The position numbers and the translations under genes are program-made. The notes below the pieces were generated by a model. The model was not told the DNA's origin and made no database searches. It saw nothing but the letters and a program-made list of their open reading frames with translations. Shown one piece after another: positions 20,613-28,458 of a stretch of 61,520 nt of DNA. Numbering within the stretch: the stretch's first letter is position 1; each line of letters begins with the position of its first letter. The stretch is from an uncultured Syntrophaceae bacterium. Lineage in GTDB: Bacteria > Desulfobacterota > Syntrophia > Syntrophales > Fen-1087. The stretch is from positions 1 through 61,520 of the forward strand of contig CAYWTL010000003.1 of assembly GCA_964460245.1 (NCBI GenBank), given 5' to 3'.

Positions 20613-21497
20613 TTATCGGGCCGGTGTCGGGCCGGGGACGAGATCAAAGAATTCCCGAATGACCGCTGTCGTCTCCGCGGGTTTTTCCATGGGAATCAAA
20701 TGACCCGCGTCACGGATCAGCCGGTGGACGGCATTCGGGAACAGGGAGGCAATTTTTTTCAGATCGATGAAGTGCCGGTTGTCGCTCTTTTCCCCTTCCA
20801 GCACCAGTACGGGGCAGGTCACCTGCGGCAGCAGCGGCCATGGATCGTATTGGACGCCGCCCATGAAGAGAGCCGCCTCCCGCCTGGGCGAGCAGGTCAG
20901 CTCGAGTCCGCCGCCCGGCCTGTCCTTCATGCCGTGCTGAAGGTAAAGGGACAGCATCTCATCGTCCCAGGGTTTGAAGAGGGATCGCGATTGCAGATAG
21001 TTCCGGGCTTCGGATGCATCCCTCCATTGGTTCCGGCGCCGGATCGATTTTGCCGCCAGGGGATGATCGTTGACCTTGATGGCGGCATTGTAAAAATCGC
21101 GGGGAAGGAAGATCGGTTCGATGAGAACCATTGCGGCCGGCTTCAGGCCGTACCGGGCCGACGCGATGGTAAGAACCGTCGCTCCCATGGAGTGTCCCAC
21201 CAAAAAGGGACTCCGTACCTTCAGCGCGCCGCAGAATTCGCCGAGGTCTTCCGCAAGGGTCATCCAGTTCAGGCCGCCCGCGTCAGGGTCTGACTCGCGG
21301 TGGTCGCAAAAGTAAGGAGCAATCACCCGGCAGGATGAAGACAATGACCGGGCGATGGGATGCCAGAGCCAGGGCAGGAATCCGGTTGCATGGAGCATCA
21401 CCATCGTCGGCCCCCTTCCTTCGTAGAAGAGGTATGTCAGGAGGGTGTCACCGATGTTCTGGGTGAGAATGCTCGGATTCTCTTTTGTCTTCTGCAT
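20613..21497 (-). CDS. alpha/beta hydrolase fold protein
   Basis: HG-type oxyanion region (MLHATGF) and nucleophile elbow GHSMGA. Start trimmed to ATG 21497, 10 nt after the upstream stop. Confidence 0.8.
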   Translation of the reverse strand: MQKTKENPSILTQNIGDTLLTYLFYEGRGPTMVMLHATGFLPWLWHPIARSLSSSCRVIAPYFCDHRESDPDAGGLNWMTLAEDLGEFCGALKVRSPFLVGHSMGATVLTIASARYGLKPAAMVLIEPIFLPRDFYNAAIKVNDHPLAAKSIRRRNQWRDASEARNYLQSRSLFKPWDDEMLSLYLQHGMKDRPGGGLELTCSPRREAALFMGGVQYDPWPLLPQVTCPVLVLEGEKSDNRHFIDLKKIASLFPNAVHRLIRDAGHLIPMEKPAETTAVIREFFDLVPGPTPAR

Positions 21498-21507
21498 GGA
21501 TGCTGCC

Positions 21508-22173
21508 TCAGGATGTCCAGACCGTGAAATCGTCCAGTCCGGCCCGCTCTCGTTCAAAGCGGTTCACCGGCGCGCTTTCTTCGGGATAGCCGAGAGCCGT
21601 GCCGATGACGATGAGGTGATCATCAGGGATCGGCAGCAGCGATCGCAGCAGTTCCGGGTAACTGACGGCCACGGCCATGATGCAGGTCCCCAGTCCTCTG
21701 CTGTGTGCCAGCAGACAGACCGTCTGAAGGATCAGGCCGGCATCAAGGGTGGCATAGGGAAGAGCGATGTCTTTCGATGTCGTCCATACCAGCAGGACCG
21801 GGGCATCGAAGAGGCCGAACATTTCCACCGTATAGTCCATGCGCGCCGCGTGGTTCTCCCGCGCGATCGACAGGGCTGCCAAGACGCTCTTCCCGATTCC
21901 GTTGTAGCGCTTTTTCAGTCCATCCGGCCAGATTTCGGTCGGTTGAATTTCCGGTGACGGCAGCGCGCCGCTGGCGATTCGATTCCGGCTCTCTCGTTTG
22001 AAGTCGTTCAGGGCGTTCCCGGTCACAATATGGATTCTCCAGGATTGGGTGTTTCCCCAGGAAGGCGACCATCGCGCGGCATCGAGAATTTCACGGATGA
22101 CGCTTTCCGGAACGGTGTCCGGCTTGAATTTGCGAATGCTTCTCCTCTTTCTGACGGCCGTCAGGACATCCAT
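21508..22173 (-). CDS. nitroreductase family protein
   Basis: 221 aa with the canonical N-terminus ..RRSIRKF.. and PS..N.Q.W. Confidence 0.85.
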   Translation of the reverse strand: MDVLTAVRKRRSIRKFKPDTVPESVIREILDAARWSPSWGNTQSWRIHIVTGNALNDFKRESRNRIASGALPSPEIQPTEIWPDGLKKRYNGIGKSVLAALSIARENHAARMDYTVEMFGLFDAPVLLVWTTSKDIALPYATLDAGLILQTVCLLAHSRGLGTCIMAVAVSYPELLRSLLPIPDDHLIVIGTALGYPEESAPVNRFERERAGLDDFTVWTS

Positions 22174-22252
22174 GGGCTCCTCCGGGTGAAATGGATAAAA
22201 GAAGGTTGCGCGGTTCTCGCTCTTTTTTCGGTGACTCGGGGATCGCTTTGCT

Positions 22253-22384
22253 CAGGGTGACAAAGAAGATCGAGTCTTTCCGTAGGACGAGCCTGAGCAA
22301 GGGTTCGTCCGGGTCCGCTTTCGACAGTGCTGCCGCATAATCCTTCAGGTTGGCAATGTTGCTCCGGTTGATCCGGAGAATCAC
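22253..22384 (-). pseudogene. possible remnant of the C-terminal half of a PDZ domain (HtrA/Ctp-like)
   Basis: The frame reads ..QDVILRINRSNIANLKDYAAALSKADPDEPLLRLVLRKDSIFFVTL. There is no ATG, GTG or TTG between the upstream stop (22484-22486) and GTG 22384. The tail runs 83 nt into the nitroreductase gene. Confidence 0.25.
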
Positions 22385-22425
22385 ATCCTGCGGCGGTGAC
22401 GCATATTCGCGGCCATCCTTTCCCC

Positions 22426-22893
22426 TCAGCCTCCCGCTGTCTGCGTAAACGCCGTATTGCCGTAGAGGTACTCGACCTTCTCCTTATGACGCATCTCCTG
22501 CCGGGCCATGCCGATAAGCATATCCTTGACTTCGCCGTCCGGATGCATCTTGGCGAGGTCCTCGTAGAATTTAGCGGCGTTGAGTTCCTTGTTGGCGGCA
22601 ATCAGGTACACCTCGCGGGTTCGGACATCCTTGCCGATTTCTGGTTTTTTCTCCTGCTCGGCGATCTTGTAATCAACGGGAGCGTCCATGGCAAGGGATG
22701 CCCCGCGGAAACCGCCGTCCCGGTACTTCACCAGATAGGCCTTGTGCTGTTTTTCTTCCTGCGCCAGGAATTTCAAAGTATCCTTGGCCTCCTTGTCCTC
22801 CACGAGGCTGCAGAGCTCCATGTAAGATTCGTAGGCCTCCTCTTCATTCTTGATGGCCAGTGCAATCAAAGATTCAAGGGTCATGTTTTTCAT
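22426..22893 (-). CDS. rubrerythrin/ferritin-like diiron protein (no rubredoxin domain)
   Basis: 155 aa with paired E...ExxH motifs (EEEAY..EEKQH; ..E..QEMRH). Confidence 0.8.
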   Translation of the reverse strand: MKNMTLESLIALAIKNEEEAYESYMELCSLVEDKEAKDTLKFLAQEEKQHKAYLVKYRDGGFRGASLAMDAPVDYKIAEQEKKPEIGKDVRTREVYLIAANKELNAAKFYEDLAKMHPDGEVKDMLIGMARQEMRHKEKVEYLYGNTAFTQTAGG

Positions 22894-22955
22894 CGATCGC
22901 GCCTCCTAAAAGATTTACCACACACAAGCCCATTCCCGATGGGCCGTCAGACACC

Positions 22956-23162
22956 TCAGGTGCCGCCGTAGCCGATGGTGACACAATCTCCATCCACGAT
23001 CACCGGAACCTGCCGTTTGCCGCCGGAACGTTTCAGCATTTCCTCCAGCTTCGCAGGATTCGATTTGACATCCACGTAGATGGCCCTGTCGCTATAGGCC
23101 GACCTGGCTTGATCCGTGTGGGGTCAGCCGGCCTTTCCGTAAATGATCACTGTGTCCGTCAT
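22956..23162 (-). CDS. glutaredoxin/NrdH-like thioredoxin-fold selenoprotein; in-frame TGA at 23124-23126 read as Sec
   Basis: Hand translation gives MTDTVIIYGKAG-U-PHTDQARSAYSDRAIYVDVKSNPAKLEEMLKRSGGKRQVPVIVDGDCVTIGYGGT-stop. TGA replaces the first Cys of the CxxC/T motif. A Grx-like VP...GG end is present. GGAGGG lies 7 nt before ATG 23162, directly after the upstream stop. Confidence 0.7.
23072..23121 (-). promoter_or_regulatory. candidate bacterial SECIS hairpin downstream of the UGA
   Basis: Hand fold: CCAC/GUGG, GGAU/AUCU, GCC/GGC, then an apical GUCG-GCCUAUAG-CGAC. The apical stem begins about 20 nt after the UGA and the loop starts with G. Confidence 0.35.
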
Positions 23163-23175
23163 GGGAAGTCCCTCC

Positions 23176-23661
23176 TCAATAATCCGTCAGGTGCGAAAGC
23201 CCTCGCTCTCCAACCAGAATGATCCTTGTATGTGTCAGCCGACTGGCGATCACCTTTGCGGTCGCCTGCATCACCTTGTATCCCAGTTCGCAGTCGTCGT
23301 TCATCAGCGCTCTCAGCTTGGCGGCATCCAGGGCGATTAACTTCGTCCGGTCGATGCAGAGGGCCCCCAGGGTGTACACATAGGGCTCAACGACAGCCGA
23401 CCAGCCCATGGATTCCCCCTTGGTGATCATGTCTACAGTAATCTGCATGGGCGGCTGCTGCGGCCCCATGTAATTTTCCATGACCATGACCACTTTGCCC
23501 TCCTTACACATGAAGAGGCTACGGGCAGGGTCTCCCTTTTTGTACATCTGGGCTCCCGCTTCGTAGGTTTCTTCCACCGCGATCGTGGCCAGCTTCTTCA
23601 ATTGTGCGTCCGTGAATCCCTTGAAAAAAACGTATTCCTTGAGAGAGCCTGCTGAAACCAT
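23176..23661 (-). CDS. stand-alone cyclic-nucleotide-binding (cNMP/CAP effector) domain protein
   Basis: 161 aa with FF.GF....L..L....E..Y..G..+...GD and a beta-roll. No HTH or other output domain. Confidence 0.75.
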   Translation of the reverse strand: MVSAGSLKEYVFFKGFTDAQLKKLATIAVEETYEAGAQMYKKGDPARSLFMCKEGKVVMVMENYMGPQQPPMQITVDMITKGESMGWSAVVEPYVYTLGALCIDRTKLIALDAAKLRALMNDDCELGYKVMQATAKVIASRLTHTRIILVGERGLSHLTDY

Positions 23662-23874
23662 TTTTGTTTACCTCCTTGTTTCAATCTTGAGCGACGGAGG
23701 CAGTTTCCCTCCTCCGGACATTTCAAGAATCGTAAACATAACAGGCTTTGCCGATGATTTCCACAGAAAAGAACAATTAAAACGCATAAAATCATTGCTC
23801 GATCGGAAAAAATAACTTAGAATTCCAACCCAGCGGCAATGCACGCGGCGTTGCCGACGAAAGGGTGAGAGCGG

Positions 23875-25236
23875 ATGAAGAGAAAAAGCACCGCGGTCGT
23901 TTTCAGCGTGTTGATTTTCCTGTTGTCGGGATGTTTCAGTTCGCATCAGACCATCCGGGACATTCGGGAGCTGAAACAGGACCACGCATTTTATCTCGGC
24001 CGGATGGACCCGGATGCCCTGAAGATCGATCCGGCGGAACAAGAGGGAATGGACCGTCATTACAACGGTCTGTTTTTCTCTCCCTGGCACCGGGAGAAGC
24101 CGGCATGCAGCTTCGAAGACCTTGCCGTCGAATTCAGAAAATACGGCCGGAACCTCGGGTACGGGGAAAACGGCAGAAAGCACTCCCGGCAGTGGTTGAA
24201 AAAGCTGACCTTAAACGCCCGCCTCGAGGCCTATCCGGACCGTGGCGAGCCGGCCATCACCATCCGCCCTACCTCATTGCGGGCGCTCCCGACAAAGCGG
24301 CCTCATTTCAGCACATTCAACCGAGGTGGACGGGGATATCCCTTTGACAATCTCCAGGTTTCCGCCGTTACGGTCAATACCCCCGTTTACATCACTCATG
24401 TCACGCGGGACAGGGCGTGGGTTTTTGCCGAAGCGGGCTTCTATTTCGGATGGGTCCCGGCGGGGGATGTGGCCCTTGTGGACGACGGTTTCATGAAAAG
24501 CTGGGAGCGCGGCCGGTACGCGGTGGTGATCCGGGACAAGACACCTCTGTATGACGCGCAGGGCCGTTTTCTGTTTCGGGCGCCGCTGGGCGCCATATTC
24601 CCGAAAGTGAGCGACGGGCAAGGGCGGCTGGATATCCTGGCCGCCGTTTCGGATGACAGCCGCAGGGCCGTACTGAAGGACGTCTCGGTTTCGAGAAGTT
24701 CGGCCGCGCCGAAGCCCCTCGAAGTGACGGCTGAGAACATGGCCGGCATCGCCAACGAGCTGATCAATGAACCTTACGGTTGGGGGGGGATTCACGGCAA
24801 CCGGGACTGCTCGGCGATGGTCCGGGATCTGTTTGCGCCCTTCGGTATCTGGCTGCCCAGAAATTCAGCCCATCAGGCCCAGCAGGGTGGAAGTTTCATC
24901 GATCTGAACGATCTCTCTGCGGATGAGAAAGAAAGGGTGATTCTGGCTCAGGGCATTCCCTATCTCACGCTGCTCTGGCGCCCGGGCCACATCATGCTTT
25001 ACATCGGTTCTCATGAGGGCGAGCCCCTGGTGTTTCACAACATGTGGGGCATCAGCACGAGGAATCTGCTGGGCCGAAGGGGCAAGCGGATTGTCGGTCA
25101 TGCGGCCATCACCACCCTCCACCCGGGCCGTGAACTGTTCGGTTACGACGCCGCCTCGGCGGATCTCCAGAAAAATATCATCGGCATGACGCTGCTGGTC
25201 AGGCCGTCCGGCCTCGCCGCCATGCCCGGTTCCTGA
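23875..25236 (+). CDS. NlpC/P60 family lipoprotein with N-terminal SH3b-like domains
   Basis: Lipobox LLSGC. C-terminal papain-like catalytic region DCSAMVRDLF...GH. YkfC-like architecture (recognition from memory of the family). Confidence 0.8.
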   Translation: MKRKSTAVVFSVLIFLLSGCFSSHQTIRDIRELKQDHAFYLGRMDPDALKIDPAEQEGMDRHYNGLFFSPWHREKPACSFEDLAVEFRKYGRNLGYGENGRKHSRQWLKKLTLNARLEAYPDRGEPAITIRPTSLRALPTKRPHFSTFNRGGRGYPFDNLQVSAVTVNTPVYITHVTRDRAWVFAEAGFYFGWVPAGDVALVDDGFMKSWERGRYAVVIRDKTPLYDAQGRFLFRAPLGAIFPKVSDGQGRLDILAAVSDDSRRAVLKDVSVSRSSAAPKPLEVTAENMAGIANELINEPYGWGGIHGNRDCSAMVRDLFAPFGIWLPRNSAHQAQQGGSFIDLNDLSADEKERVILAQGIPYLTLLWRPGHIMLYIGSHEGEPLVFHNMWGISTRNLLGRRGKRIVGHAAITTLHPGRELFGYDAASADLQKNIIGMTLLVRPSGLAAMPGS

Positions 25237-25237
25237 T

Positions 25238-25819
25238 TCATTTTCCGAACGCGCGACGGGCCGTCTCTTCCGCCTGGCTTACTCCCCGGATGCCGTAAAA
25301 CACGGCCTTTCTGATGCGGCTCACATCCTTCGCCGCGCCAGACGCCGAGGCCGTGAAAACCAGATCTCCCGTCCCGTGGCGACGCTCGATCCGCCTGATC
25401 GAGCCGATATCCTCTTCTCCATAGGCATCGACATACGTTCTGTCGCCTGCGGTAATGATCAGGCAGCGCCGGTCCGTAATGGCATAGACCGTCCGGTTCG
25501 CCCTTCGGTACGCCAGGCCGGGGAGGGCCATCAGGACGAGCCCCATCAGGATGAAAACTAACCCGAACAGTGGCCAGAAGCCAAGGGGGTTCTCTCCGGA
25601 GAAATCGGGCATGCGGAAGCCGAGGGCGGACGCTATCCAGTAAATGGCAAATGCGATCCAGGGAACGCCCAGGATGAAGATGGGCAGCGTCTGCAGGGCA
25701 AAACGGCGGGGATCGGGTCTTCCGGACCAGAGGAGGCGCTCTTCCGGTTGGAGGACCGATTGGGCGATGCGCCGGGTTTTCCCGCTGCTGTCTTCCGGCA
25801 TGGCGGATCCTGTTATCAT
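25238..25819 (-). CDS. membrane protein with C-terminal bacterial PH-like domain
   Basis: 193 aa with two TM helices, then ..YAITDRRCLI...GDLVF.. ATG 25819 forms an ATGA overlap with the tlpA-like stop. Confidence 0.6.
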   Translation of the reverse strand: MITGSAMPEDSSGKTRRIAQSVLQPEERLLWSGRPDPRRFALQTLPIFILGVPWIAFAIYWIASALGFRMPDFSGENPLGFWPLFGLVFILMGLVLMALPGLAYRRANRTVYAITDRRCLIITAGDRTYVDAYGEEDIGSIRRIERRHGTGDLVFTASASGAAKDVSRIRKAVFYGIRGVSQAEETARRAFGK

Positions 25820-26340
25820 TGCGGAGAGCCGGAAAAAAGGCCGCTCAGCAGATCGTCGATGGCCTGATACTGGCGTGAGAGGATGCGGCCTTCCCGGTCG
25901 ATGAGGATCATGGAGGGCACACCCACGATCCGGTAAGCTTCGGCAACGCGGCCGGTGTCATCCAGGAGCACCTTGTAGGGAAGCTGGTATTTCTCCGCGA
26001 ATCGGGAGACCTTGTCGCCGGATTCCTGAATATTGACATTGGCGACAACCAGTCCACGCCCGGCATAGGCCTCGTGGATTTTCCTGTAACGGGGAAGTTC
26101 CGAACGGCAGGTTGCGCACCAGGTGGTGGAGAAAATGAGCAGAACCGGTTTTCCCCGCTGCTCGCTTAGGAGAAACTTCCCGCCGCTGAGGTCCTTCAGC
26201 ATGAAGTCCTGGGCCTTTCCTTCGGCCGTCTTCGTTGTTACCGGTGCTTGCGGCGCCTCCGTGCACGACAGCATTGCCAGGATCATCAGCGCAGCACAGC
26301 CGAGCCGAACTTCATGCGCCCTTTTTTTTCTTCTTGTCAT
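25816..26340 (-). CDS. TlpA/ResA-like periplasmic thiol:disulfide oxidoreductase
   Basis: 174 aa from ATG 26340, with a signal/lipobox-like N-terminus (MLSC) and WCATC active site. The upstream 146 aa of the listed ORF is an open shadow frame across ccdA. Confidence 0.85.
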   Translation of the reverse strand: MTRRKKRAHEVRLGCAALMILAMLSCTEAPQAPVTTKTAEGKAQDFMLKDLSGGKFLLSEQRGKPVLLIFSTTWCATCRSELPRYRKIHEAYAGRGLVVANVNIQESGDKVSRFAEKYQLPYKVLLDDTGRVAEAYRIVGVPSMILIDREGRILSRQYQAIDDLLSGLFSGSPQ

Positions 26341-26345
26341 GATTT

Positions 26346-27062
26346 TTATCCCCACATGATACCGGCTTGAATCAGAAAATACTCCCCCGCTCCGATCATG
26401 ATCCAGCCGAAAATGCGGCTGACCCGCGTCATCCACATGCCCGACCGGGGCATGCTGGCCAGCATTCCGGCGGACGTGCCGAGAATGATCAGAAGGGTTC
26501 CCATCCCGAAGGCAAAAACGAACAGCAGGGTCGCGGCGAAAAACAGGTTCTGCTGGGTGGCGACGTAGCCGAGGAGAACGGCAAGAACCGGCGCCGTGCA
26601 GGGACCCATGACGAGGCCCGATGCCATGCCGACCAGAAAACCGGCGATGTTCCCGCCCTTGTTTTCCTGAGGCTGCAGCCGCGCGATGAACTGCGGGGTT
26701 CGAACGGGCAGGGTGAAGACGTCCAGCATGGCCAAGCCCATGAGAATGCAGACGTTGGCCATGATCAGATAAGTCCAAGGATTGGACTGGAGCTGGCCGA
26801 AGAGCTTGCCCGACAAAGCGGCGATCGCGCCGAGGGCCGTGTAGGTGACGGCCATGCCGAGGACGTAGATGATGGAAAGTCTGAAACCTCTGAGTTTCGA
26901 GCCGCCGCCGTGGGCGCCGATAAAGGCGATGGTGATGGGCGCAACGGGGTAGACACAGGGGGTAAAGCTGACCAGGACGCCGCCGAGATAAACAGCCGCA
27001 TAGGCCAGCAGCGATGAGCCCTGGAGGTAACCGGAGAGTCCCTGGATAAATTGATCGATCAC
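26346..27062 (-). CDS. ccdA: cytochrome c biogenesis / thiol-reductant transfer protein CcdA (DsbD transmembrane family)
   Basis: 238 aa, six TM helices, conserved Cys in TPCVYP and GPCTAP. Confidence 0.88.
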   Translation of the reverse strand: MIDQFIQGLSGYLQGSSLLAYAAVYLGGVLVSFTPCVYPVAPITIAFIGAHGGGSKLRGFRLSIIYVLGMAVTYTALGAIAALSGKLFGQLQSNPWTYLIMANVCILMGLAMLDVFTLPVRTPQFIARLQPQENKGGNIAGFLVGMASGLVMGPCTAPVLAVLLGYVATQQNLFFAATLLFVFAFGMGTLLIILGTSAGMLASMPRSGMWMTRVSRIFGWIMIGAGEYFLIQAGIMWG

Positions 27063-27076
27063 CGGAATCCTCCTCT

Positions 27077-27787
27077 TCAGGTCTTTCCCGGACCGGCCCC
27101 GGCGTCCGTTTTTACGGCCGGGTGGGTCTTGTGGTACTTTTCAAACCATTTCTGGCCCAGGTAATAGGCCAGGCCGAAAAATACGAGGCTGACCGCTGTA
27201 ATGATCAGAAAAGCCCCATTGTTCTCGTTCCGGACGCAACTTCCCTGGATCGACAGGATGATCGTGCCCAGCAGCCTGCCCACGGTGGCGATGATCAGAA
27301 AGGTCCTGGTTTTGATGTGGCTGAGTCCCAGGATATAGCAGAGGGCGTCCTTGGGGAAGCCGGGAATCAGAAAAAGCAGAAAAGCGACAAAGGGTCCCTG
27401 ATGGGCCATGATACGGTCGTACCGTGCGATCACTTTCGGGCTGACGAATTTCTCCACGAAGGGAAGGCCGAATGTCCTTGCCAGTCCGAAGGCCAGCCAG
27501 GAACCGAGGGTCAGTCCGATGGTGGAGTAGAGCGCGCCCGGAACGATCCCGTAAATATAGCCGCCGATGAAGCCGGTTACTTCGCCGGGAATCGGGGCGA
27601 GAATGACCTGGAGAATCTGGATGCCGATGAAAACGACGACGGAAAGCGGACCGAAGGAGTCCAGAAACGGAATGATCTTGGCCCGATCGGAGAGGAAACC
27701 GGACAGGTTGTAGTGCTGGAACAGGAAAATGCCCGTGGCGATGATCAAAAGGAGGACGACGAGTTTCAGGATGTCTTTTCGGTTCAT
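27077..27787 (-). CDS. TVP38/TMEM64 (DedA/SNARE-associated) family membrane protein
   Basis: 236 aa, multi-TM, with the characteristic PGE..G...G motif region. Confidence 0.8.
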   Translation of the reverse strand: MNRKDILKLVVLLLIIATGIFLFQHYNLSGFLSDRAKIIPFLDSFGPLSVVVFIGIQILQVILAPIPGEVTGFIGGYIYGIVPGALYSTIGLTLGSWLAFGLARTFGLPFVEKFVSPKVIARYDRIMAHQGPFVAFLLFLIPGFPKDALCYILGLSHIKTRTFLIIATVGRLLGTIILSIQGSCVRNENNGAFLIITAVSLVFFGLAYYLGQKWFEKYHKTHPAVKTDAGAGPGKT

Positions 27788-27869
27788 TAAGCCCCGGGGG
27801 TGTGCTTCCGTGATGCACGTCTCATATCACAAAACAGGGGTTTTATGAACAGGATTCAAGAATGAGGAC

Positions 27870-27911
27870 AAAAAAAACGGGGCACGCTGTGGAACAGCGT
27901 GCCCCGTTTTC
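27870..27911. terminator. bidirectional Rho-independent terminator
   Basis: Perfect 14-bp stem ACGGGGCACGCTGT / ACAGCGTGCCCCGT (27877-27890 / 27894-27907), flanked by an A8 run and TTTT. On the minus strand it gives a U8 tail after the 27931 gene. Confidence 0.8.
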
Positions 27912-27930
27912 AGAACGTTGAAATGGCTGG

Positions 27931-28248
27931 TTATTTCTTTTCCGGTGCGGGCTTATCCGCGGGGGCCTTGACCTCTTTCGCCGCTTCCGGCGCTGCTTCC
28001 TTTGCTGCTTCCTTCTTGACCTTCTTGGTCTTCTTCACTTTCTTCACTTTCTTGGCCTTCTTCACGTCAGCCGCCTTCGCGTCCGCCTTCGCTTCAGCCT
28101 TCTTCACCGCTTCAGCCGCCGGCGCCTTCACATCCGCCGCCTTCACTTCCGGAGCTTTCGGGGCCGGGGCCGGAGCCGCCTGCTGCGCAAACGCGGAAGT
28201 CGTGAAAAGGAATGCCAAACCGATCACCAATACTGCTAAACGCTTCAT
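27931..28248 (-). CDS. secreted Lys/Ala/Pro/Glu-rich low-complexity protein
   Basis: Sec signal MKRLAVLVIGLAFLFTTSAFA|QQ, then KAPEVKAADVKAP..KKAKKVKKVKKTKKVKKEAAKEAAPEAAKEVKAPADKPAPEKK. AGGAGG SD is present. Confidence 0.75.
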   Translation of the reverse strand: MKRLAVLVIGLAFLFTTSAFAQQAAPAPAPKAPEVKAADVKAPAAEAVKKAEAKADAKAADVKKAKKVKKVKKTKKVKKEAAKEAAPEAAKEVKAPADKPAPEKK

Positions 28249-28287
28249 TTGAACTACCTCCTGTAAGTTTTAGTTGAATTCAGGAAA

Positions 28288-28303
28288 AGCAAACGACGTA
28301 CCA
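28288..28303 (-). promoter_or_regulatory. sigma54 (-24/-12) promoter upstream of the secreted Lys-rich gene
   Basis: Minus strand reads TGGTACG-TCGT-TTGCT, against the consensus TGGCACG-N4-TTGCW, with GG-N10-GC spacing. The -12 element lies about 40 nt upstream of ATG 28248. Confidence 0.6.
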
Positions 28304-28458
28304 GAAATGCACCGGACGGGCGAACATTGGACAACTGACCGATATCAAAAGGCAATATCAGAGAAAAATATTTTATGGAGGAACCACGCAACCCGGGGAG
28401 GTTGGTATGAATGGGGTATTAATCCCCATCCCTTGGGGAGTTTTTCATCTTGCCGCTG

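Noticed and set aside
20275-20703. Ala/Phe-rich ORFs on the plus strand over the two Lys/Ala-rich genes (20275-20703, 20303-20662, 27899-28252).
   Set aside because: They are mirror frames of low-complexity AAG/GCN repeats. SD sequences, promoter, terminator and signal peptide all support the minus-strand frames.
22161-22601. The 146-aa minus-strand ORF spanning the rubrerythrin 3' end and the spacer.
   Set aside because: It is out of frame with the recognisable rubrerythrin-like gene, has a Pro/Arg/Ser-rich translation and has no SD.
25816-26778. The 320-aa ORF that extends the TlpA-like protein far upstream.
   Set aside because: The extension is an open alternative frame across the ccdA coding sequence and is Arg/His/Gly-rich. 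A proper signal-peptide N-terminus starts at ATG 26340, just after the ccdA stop.
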